DNA of 34,253 nucleotides. Origin: Asterionella formosa. Its lineage: Eukaryota. The stretch covers positions 1-34,253 of the forward strand of contig NKIB01000263.1 in assembly GCA_002256025.1 (NCBI GenBank). The letters are read 5' to 3'. Shown here piece after piece: positions 26,761 through 34,253 of the stretch. Below the pieces are notes generated by a model, which saw only the letters and a program-made list of their open reading frames with translations, searched no databases and was not told the DNA's origin. A program made the position numbers and the translations under genes. Position 1 is the stretch's first letter. The number at the start of each line of letters is the position of its first letter.

Positions 26761-28402
26761 CCAATACAAGGTGAAAAATTAATTCACAAAAACAAGGTTG
26801 ACCTGCCTTGTATTGACTAGCTTTCTTGTCATTAGGGTTGCCAATCCGTGCTCTCGCCAATACAAGGAAATAGGCTCCTCGTTTTTCTCCAATACAAGTT
26901 ACTTTAAAAAATATGATCCTCCAATACAAGATATGGATAGTTTCTCCGAAATAAGGTTTAATGTCCAATACAAGGTAGCTACCTTCCTGTTTTGGTCTAC
27001 TAGTACTATTTCGCATCTACCTAGTACTATTTGTAAACCAATCAGATCATCACCAGTTCCAATGTACCGGTAAGGTCTTCTATTTTTGGAAATGCCTATA
27101 CATTGTGTGCCTTGATTAGGAACCAATACAAGGTATCCCAGCATGAATGGGACCCAGCCAATAATCAACTCATTTGCGAAACCCAGTAATACGGAATCAG
27201 GATAATCATTCTTGTAAGGCTAATAGCAAACTAAAATCAATAATTCTATATTTTTTACAATTCTTAAACAAATTTTTTCTATTTTAACAAGAAACGAATA
27301 ATTTTTAGAGACCTAGTAGTACGCACAGCAATATCAAATTTCTGAAAATGTTTGAATCATCTGTTTGTTCTCTAGCCCGAACATTGCCATCCTCATTGCA
27401 ATTCACGAATCCTTTACAAGTCTAAGCAAATTGGAGCGCTGAGATAGATTTTGACAGTGAAGCATTGCAATGACAGAAGCAAGAGCATGGTTGAAAATTA
27501 ACATGCACAAACAATACAACCACAAATCCTTCACCAATTTGGATTAATTACTACATCCAAGTGAATCCTTCAATTACATTGAAAGGAGCACTGACTAGAC
27601 TGAGATGGTGTTTCTGAAACACTCTTGAAATGAACAGAATCATGATGATAGGTGAGAAAAAACGCACATTCATTTTTTATCATTTCCAATAAAGTGGCAG
27701 GACCGACATGCTATGGCATAATACAATTTCAATTCCTTTAACATGCTGGCACCTTCTCTATGTTTGTGCGCATTCCCTGTTCAGCTGAAGATGAGTAAAA
27801 TAGCAGTGAGAAAATGGTTGCTGCAAATCATTGTAAAGGAGTTGAAACAACTTGGAGGTATTATTTTTGTGATTTCAATAAATGATTGCATTGCTGGCTC
27901 AGTGATGTCCCAGTATGGATGCTATACAAACTCAGGACAGAATTATTTGAGTGACAAGGCATATGCCAGCAGTCAGACCCATTCTTGAAAAATTTGAAAG
28001 TATACATGATTACTGTATTATCACCTGAAACAAAAAATGACGGTTCTATATGATCAAACTATGCATTACAGACACATTGCCAAATTTTTGAAAGTATACA
28101 TTACTGAATGATCATATAAATCATAAAATTATGGTTTTATTTAATCCATAGGCATTACTATGGTATCACATGTACACTTTACCAGCATATTGTCACCTTC
28201 TATTGGAACTTATGAGCCTGCCTTGTATTGGGATGTGGTGTAGAATACCTTGTATTGAATGACATTTCCATGGCAAGGAAAGGAACACCTTGAATTGGAG
28301 CAATCAAGGGATACCTGGAGTTGTTTTCAGCTTGTACCAGTGTTGGACTTGTCATACCAACCTTGGGAAAAAATATGAAATGACGGATACACCTTGTATT
28401 AG
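26761..28402. mobile_element. Putative non-autonomous or decayed DNA transposon with subterminal CCAATACAAGG arrays (boundaries approximate)
   Basis: Mostly forward copies at the left end and reverse copies at the right end, around an AT-rich, CpG-poor core. Terminal inverted repeats and target-site duplication were not resolved. Confidence 0.55.
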
Positions 28403-28587
28403 AAAATGTTGTTACGCCCAGTACAAAAAATATCCGGCATTCTCGCGAGCAGAGTGCCTGGTTACTAACATGATTGCATCTTGTCGAATGCCGACCTGCT
28501 CTACATGATGTAAACACACTTTATAGTCATTCACCCCGATCCACATGAAGCCGCTGTAGAGTCTACCAGCACGGCAATATCTATAAA

Positions 28588-31176
28588 ATGGAACCTGCCA
28601 ATATTGATGATGCGCTGAGACGTTTGGTGTCTTCCATTGCTGGCGACAACGACGACGCAGCTGAATCACAACCTCATCATGACCAAATCATGGCGTTGGC
28701 TCACCGTATCGTGGCGTCGAGAAAGTACGCATCGATGGCTGCCGCTGCTACTACTAATAACAACGACTCCAACCTGAGACGAGTGGAACGTTCGCACGGC
28801 AAGGAGGCCCGAGCTACAATGGAAGGACTACACCGCGACCTCGCAAGAGTGTGCGGAGAACCGACGATTGCCGATGATGTTGTCGCTGTGCTATCCAAGG
28901 TTTCTGTAGAACAGCAAAGCATCAAGCCCCCAGAGTTGCTGAGGAGGATTACCAAACCACCGCCGCCACCGATTGCTATTTCCAAACAAGCAACTCAATT
29001 TGACAAGACAATTGCCATGAGTAAATTGGACGACGACGAAGTTCTATTCATTCGAGAATGCCTCTACGCTTTACAAGGCATCAACGGCCAGCACGTTCAG
29101 TTGCAGGGCAAGGTCATGACCATCAAATCTACGCCTGCCATAATGTGCGGACGCTCCACGTTGAACACTCACTCAAGACTTGGGAGTGGAGCCCACACTG
29201 CATTGCGTCAATGCGCCGAAACTGGCTGGTACTATTCTCGAGTGCAACAGTATGTGAACAACGCATCGAATGGATTTTGTACGCTGGCATTGGCACAAGC
29301 ATTGAGAAAAGAATTACACGAATATCATAGAATGATTGCAACCATGGATTATGACCTACAGCAAGATAAGTCTACGTTGATACTTCGACAAGTCTTGCTG
29401 AATTTAGCCGCGCCGAACAGTCGACTCCGCATACTGGCCATGCTCACCGATGGACTAGCTTTATTGAGAGGTGGCCAATTACTGACAGGTCTTTATCGAC
29501 ATTCTCTTCATGGTGACACAAGGCATGCTTCTTTAGTGACTAACCTACTCCTCGAGACATCAAAACCTTGGTTTCACTCGCTCTACATGTGGACGACACA
29601 AGGAATCTTGCTTGATCCATTTGAAGAATTCTTTATCTTTGAAGATGAAAACATTGACGATGCCAACATGTGGAACCACAAGTATTCTGTGGATGTGACT
29701 AAAGTTCCATTGGGAATCATGAATTCAACCCTCGTTGAGCCAACCCTGCTTGTGGGCAAGGGCATTCGCTTTATTCGAAACAATCTTCAAGATTTGGTAT
29801 GGCGCATGGATTACGAAACAAATGACGAAGAACCTATAGAAAAGTTGGGATATACAGCGGGTGGATCGTCTATACTACGTGCATGGTTGATCAAGGCGGC
29901 GGATCAAGTCAATTCGCATATACTTGGCTCGCTCCGGGCAGACCTTCTGCAAAACTTGTGGGCGTTGAAACAATTTCTATTGTTGGGACAAGGGGATTTC
30001 TTTTCTGTTTTGATGACTGGCTTGCATGCGGAGTTCGAAAGCAAAGTTGGTATTGTGGGGATATATACCTATGTACTCATGGGAATTGTGGAAAGTGCCA
30101 TCAAAAGCACAAACGCAGCGGAAATGCCAACATCCGTCTTGAATCGGTTACAAGTCGAACTTGATGTGGACGCCACGGATGACACACAATACATGTTTGC
30201 TGTACCAAATAATGGGAGTTATAAGGATGAGCGGACAGGGTGGGATATATTTCTGCTCAAATACGTAGTCCCTGATCGACTAACTGCCATCCTTGGGGAA
30301 GAGGAAATGAAACAGTATCGACAAGTATTTTCAATGCTCTTTGGAATGAAACGAGTAGAGTTCATGCTGACTTTGACTTGGCGTCAAAGCACAACTTTGC
30401 AGCATTCTCTTCAAACATTTGCTCAATACAACGGAATCAGCCCGTCCACAAATGAAGATTATGCGTTTGCTCTGCTGCTACTACGGAGGATTTCCATGAC
30501 CAGACAGTCCATGAATCACTTTGTGACGAACTTGAAGAGCTATCTTTTCTTTGAAGTCCTTGAAGCCTCCTGGAAACTACTGTTTTACCAGATCGAGCAT
30601 GCTCGATCTTTGGATGAAATTATTTCCGCGCACAATCTGTTTTTGAAAGGCATCATTCGCAAGGGTCTGCTCAACAGATCTGAAGAGGGCGGCGAGAATC
30701 TATCGAGACAAATTAAGACGCTGTTGGGCCTATCTTTGCGGTTTTGTAAGTTTCAGGAACAACTTTTTAACCAAGCTCTAGAAGCTGTCGACAGATCCGC
30801 AGAAAAGAGGAGGGTCGCAGAGATGCGAATCAAGGATGGGGAGTGGGGCTTTGTGTCTGAGAGAGAAGTTGCCGACGAAGTCACTTTCTTTGGTCTCGTA
30901 GACCAGACAAGACTTGATGAAGTGAATGCAATCTATGACAAGTTCAATGCAGGAACTCTTGAACTTATGGAAGAACTTGACGGCACAATCAACGGGAAAG
31001 ATTCCACTCACGCGTCGGCCCCCGGAACTCCTAGTAGGCCAGAACAAACCACGATTATGTGTAAACACGAACGGACCACAAACGCTTATCTCGAGGCAAA
31101 TCATGACTCTCTCCGCTTCTTGACCTTTCAGTTGGATTACTCATCCTTTTACAATGCTCAGACTAATGAACACTAG
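28588..31176 (+). CDS. GCP3: Gamma-tubulin complex component 3 (Spc98/GCP3)
   Basis: RECLYALQGING; ETGWYY; ALRKELHEY; RGGQLL..LY..S.HGD; W..QG.L.DPFEEFFI; LKQFLLLGQGDF; GWDIF.L.Y; M.HFV.NL.SYL.FEVLE.SW. Confidence 0.9.
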   Translation: MEPANIDDALRRLVSSIAGDNDDAAESQPHHDQIMALAHRIVASRKYASMAAAATTNNNDSNLRRVERSHGKEARATMEGLHRDLARVCGEPTIADDVVAVLSKVSVEQQSIKPPELLRRITKPPPPPIAISKQATQFDKTIAMSKLDDDEVLFIRECLYALQGINGQHVQLQGKVMTIKSTPAIMCGRSTLNTHSRLGSGAHTALRQCAETGWYYSRVQQYVNNASNGFCTLALAQALRKELHEYHRMIATMDYDLQQDKSTLILRQVLLNLAAPNSRLRILAMLTDGLALLRGGQLLTGLYRHSLHGDTRHASLVTNLLLETSKPWFHSLYMWTTQGILLDPFEEFFIFEDENIDDANMWNHKYSVDVTKVPLGIMNSTLVEPTLLVGKGIRFIRNNLQDLVWRMDYETNDEEPIEKLGYTAGGSSILRAWLIKAADQVNSHILGSLRADLLQNLWALKQFLLLGQGDFFSVLMTGLHAEFESKVGIVGIYTYVLMGIVESAIKSTNAAEMPTSVLNRLQVELDVDATDDTQYMFAVPNNGSYKDERTGWDIFLLKYVVPDRLTAILGEEEMKQYRQVFSMLFGMKRVEFMLTLTWRQSTTLQHSLQTFAQYNGISPSTNEDYAFALLLLRRISMTRQSMNHFVTNLKSYLFFEVLEASWKLLFYQIEHARSLDEIISAHNLFLKGIIRKGLLNRSEEGGENLSRQIKTLLGLSLRFCKFQEQLFNQALEAVDRSAEKRRVAEMRIKDGEWGFVSEREVADEVTFFGLVDQTRLDEVNAIYDKFNAGTLELMEELDGTINGKDSTHASAPGTPSRPEQTTIMCKHERTTNAYLEANHDSLRFLTFQLDYSSFYNAQTNEH

Positions 31177-31379
31177 CCTTAAAATTTTCAAAGTGGACAA
31201 CTCGTCTTTTTGCAATACCCCCACAGTAGCTTTTTGACAATTCAAAGTGGCGCCTAGTTTCTAGAGGTTGGACTAGATGACTCGTGCTTGTACAGAGTTC
31301 GTATTTGCCAACACTCTAGCTAGTGATAAGGACATGCGAAAGATCAACAAACAACTTACGGATTTGCAAATAACTACAC

Positions 31380-34253
31380 TTATTGAGCACTTGGTCGACT
31401 TCTCTTGTTCGGACGATCCTTATCGCCGTCATCAATTGCTTGAATGAGAGATGTTCCAACAGGCACGGCCTCGAGCTGCTCATCATCGTCATCTTCCTCT
31501 GTGTTCACTTCCGCCCCAGTAGCTGCAGCATCGACTGGCACTCGCCTTGCAGGAGAAACACTGTCACTGCCGTCCTTTCCAGTTCTTCGTCTTTTGGGAG
31601 GTGTGGCGTCTGTTATGCAGAAATTGGACTTGTCCTGTGCTCGATAGAACGACGACAGCAAACCCTCAGCCAGTTCGGAGCTGATGCGCAGTTCGACCAA
31701 CTCATCGTCAAGTCGATCTTTAAGACTCTTCAAGTCAGCGCGCATCTCGTGTACCAAAGCCTCAACACGAAGAGACCGATCATTGGTCGTAGTCAACGCT
31801 CTCATGTTCAAATGTCGAATTCGACGTTGCCGGTTAAGTTCATTCCGCCTCTGCAACAATGTTGCTCGAAGAACCGACAACTCACATTTAGCGTCTTCCC
31901 ATTCTCTGAACCCTCGAGGAAGGCCTTGGTTCTCACGCATTCCAAGCACGCCGTGCCCTTCAAAAATGGGCTTTTTCAATGCACTCTCAATAGCAGAAAT
32001 TTCAGTTTCAGCAACGATGCCTCCACGACCGATAGAGGTCGGAAGTATGCCTGAACCGAAAGGAACAAAACGTTTTGAAGCAGCAGAATTGTTTGATTCA
32101 CCATTTTGGTATCCCGGGGCAGCAGCTTCCCCTGACTGACTGCCTTCTACTTCATCTTCGACATCCATGCCCTCTTCATTTGTGACCATCGGCTTGTCCT
32201 TTGGTCTGACGAAACCAATTGTTTCCATACCCGCAACGTCAAGGCAACTTCCAACGGGAAGAGCAGTTTCAATCATCGATTTCCACCTAGCGGCAAGCTT
32301 CGAATCCGAGTAAGAACTGGGGTCTTCCTTGGAGGTGACAACACTCGCGGAAAAGAACCCGATACCGAATGGAAGTTCCACACAAATGCGCGGAGAAAGG
32401 ACGTTTTCCTTCTGAGGTTCTCCTTTCCTATGGCCGTCAGAGAATGGTGGCTTCTTGCCGCCGTTCTTCGTGTTAATCGCCATTCCCGATGGAACCGTTT
32501 TCCAAGTGGCGTCCTTATCCTCACCTTGGATATTACCAGTTTTGCCACCTGATAGCACTCCACCTAGCGAAGTTTTAGCAGCTATGTTCCTTTCTACCAG
32601 TGATGCAATCTTCCCTGAGGGAGTGCCGAACCCATGAGTCGAGTCGGGTTTTGCCTCCCCAACAATCGCCTGTCGAAATGAAGTTGGTTTAGAAATAGGT
32701 ACAATAGGCAGTGGCAGAGTGGGCTTGGGAATAGCAGCGGATAGCGGTGCGGTCGAGGCATCTAATTCGCAAGGACCATAGACATGTATCACAGTTCCTT
32801 CGCCATAAGGAGTATGCACGGCATCGCCAGGAAGTATCCAGGCACTAGCAATGTCTACAGGAGCAAAAACCGTGGATTGATTCCAATCCATTAAGCTCTG
32901 CGCGCTGACTCCTCCTATCCCCGGAGGTATCTTAACTTCAGCTGTGGGAACTATCGTGTCAATGGCAATACCAATATCAGCCATCTCACTTCCCCGCGCC
33001 TTCAGAATTGCCAAAACATCCTTCATGACATGACTTCCCTTTCCCCCGCCACGGCTCCGCGTCCTGGAGGTGAGCAAGTCTGCAGATTTGATGCAATTTT
33101 GCTGGATACGACCAAGCTCTTGGTTCAATTCACGACCCTCTTCATTCAAAGCTCTTAGTTGTGATAGATAACTATTCTGAAGTGCAAAGCCAATCGACTC
33201 GATGCGCTCGCGTTCATGTTCGGCATTTTGCAATTCTTCGCGTGTTCTTTGAACTGTCTTACGATAGTTACTTAAATCAATCTCGACATCTTGAGGCTTC
33301 CGTTCCCATCGCAACATGCGGTGTTTCTTCTTTGGACCTACAGATTCCGGCGGTCTAGGTGGGTTGTACGCGGTCACAGCTTCCACCACATGTGGAGGAC
33401 GAGTTGGTTGATTCTTTTTACCGTTACCGTCAATGTCATCCCCAGTGTTGACATCCGGTGGTGCCAGAAATACCTTTGAGGTGGCTGCCATGCTCATTTC
33501 CAGTTTTGTAGAATGTGCACTGGCATCCTCCATATCATCGTCTGAAGGCCCCGCAGCACCTCCGTCATCGTCCAAGTCCATTGGGCTGTCGTCACGTCCC
33601 TGATTCGAGACAGGTCGGGTTTTGCGACTTCGTTTTGAAGGAACCTGTCCTGCCACCCCCAAACTAGTGACAATGGCACGCGCCAAGGTCAAATCCAAAC
33701 GCACCTCCGACTTTCGCAAGGCGTGAATTCCGTCAACATGAGGAAGAAAGCGAGTCCGCGTCAGCCGTTCATGTCCCGTCAAGTCTTCTAGAAACGAATG
33801 AGTAGCGACAGCTGGGCTGAGTTCTTTATCAGCTTGGTCGTCTGGGGCAATCCTCACGTCCTCGTCCTTGTGACGATCCCGACCTCTCGTACTGTAGTGC
33901 TGTTCTGGTCGTTCGTCCCGGAGGTCGTCTGCAGCAGTGACGGTCGTCACTTCTGCGCGAGCCATGCCGTCCAGAGCCGACGAGTCTTTACTAGTACCGC
34001 CGTTGGTGTCCTCGTCCTTTGGGGCGTGTTCCGAGGGCCCCTCCGACGCCGTTTCCGACGAGCCCATCATTTCCTCAGTGGCCACATCCGCGGAGGCAGC
34101 ATTTAGCAGAGCTGACACAGCATCGTCAGTGTTAGTTTCTTCCTTGGCACCATCGACTGATGTATCCGTTTCCATCGGAGCAGAAGCCTGCCCTGTGGCC
34201 AACTGATGGTCGTCGTCATCCGAGTCGGAAGCTGTGGCGTCGGTCTCGTCCGA
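31380..34253 (-). CDS. 5'-partial protein of unknown function (coiled coils, basic NLS-like patches, possible split SH3/KOW-like domain)
   Basis: Frame stays open to the window edge (>950 aa); two coiled-coil segments; PKKKHR and PPKRRR; GDAVHTPYGEGTV...ICVELPFG. Confidence 0.8.
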   Translation of the reverse strand, partial: SDETDATASDSDDDDHQLATGQASAPMETDTSVDGAKEETNTDDAVSALLNAASADVATEEMMGSSETASEGPSEHAPKDEDTNGGTSKDSSALDGMARAEVTTVTAADDLRDERPEQHYSTRGRDRHKDEDVRIAPDDQADKELSPAVATHSFLEDLTGHERLTRTRFLPHVDGIHALRKSEVRLDLTLARAIVTSLGVAGQVPSKRSRKTRPVSNQGRDDSPMDLDDDGGAAGPSDDDMEDASAHSTKLEMSMAATSKVFLAPPDVNTGDDIDGNGKKNQPTRPPHVVEAVTAYNPPRPPESVGPKKKHRMLRWERKPQDVEIDLSNYRKTVQRTREELQNAEHERERIESIGFALQNSYLSQLRALNEEGRELNQELGRIQQNCIKSADLLTSRTRSRGGGKGSHVMKDVLAILKARGSEMADIGIAIDTIVPTAEVKIPPGIGGVSAQSLMDWNQSTVFAPVDIASAWILPGDAVHTPYGEGTVIHVYGPCELDASTAPLSAAIPKPTLPLPIVPISKPTSFRQAIVGEAKPDSTHGFGTPSGKIASLVERNIAAKTSLGGVLSGGKTGNIQGEDKDATWKTVPSGMAINTKNGGKKPPFSDGHRKGEPQKENVLSPRICVELPFGIGFFSASVVTSKEDPSSYSDSKLAARWKSMIETALPVGSCLDVAGMETIGFVRPKDKPMVTNEEGMDVEDEVEGSQSGEAAAPGYQNGESNNSAASKRFVPFGSGILPTSIGRGGIVAETEISAIESALKKPIFEGHGVLGMRENQGLPRGFREWEDAKCELSVLRATLLQRRNELNRQRRIRHLNMRALTTTNDRSLRVEALVHEMRADLKSLKDRLDDELVELRISSELAEGLLSSFYRAQDKSNFCITDATPPKRRRTGKDGSDSVSPARRVPVDAAATGAEVNTEEDDDDEQLEAVPVGTSLIQAIDDGDKDRPNKRSRPSAQ

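Noticed and set aside
26761..27133. CRISPR-like reading of the spaced CCAATACAAG repeats
   Set aside because: The repeat is only 10-11 bp with irregular spacing and mixed orientation; the context is eukaryotic and no cas genes are present.

Overview
Gene-dense eukaryotic nuclear DNA, most likely from a diatom or other ochrophyte. This is inferred from bipartite signal-peptide + ASAF-type plastid targeting on chlM and two other genes, only two short GT-AG introns, and very short 3'-3' gaps. I can support 15 protein genes: a partial 30-aa-repeat protein ending in a CaaX box, a PI-PLC X-domain protein, a plastid-targeted unknown, a low-complexity unknown, eIF4E, TFIP11/Ntr1, a secreted granulin-like + alpha/beta hydrolase fusion, betaine aldehyde dehydrogenase, SART3/Prp24-like, golgin-84-like, ankyrin-BTB, chlM, plastid-targeted MDP-1, GCP3 and a partial unknown. 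There is also one tRNA-Arg(UCU). The most notable unexplained structures are five. (1) A ~1.7 kb CpG-poor element whose two ends carry oppositely oriented arrays of CCAATACAAGG. (2) GGTACC/TACC(A/T)GGTA palindromic arrays concentrated in 5' intergenic regions, including a perfect 32-bp palindrome. (3) A VxxRxxWLxE motif shared by the CaaX repeat protein and a nearby unknown protein. (4) An eIF4E lacking the cap-binding Glu. (5) Strict strand alternation over 13 consecutive transcription units. All family calls come from recognising motifs by eye; no database search was run.
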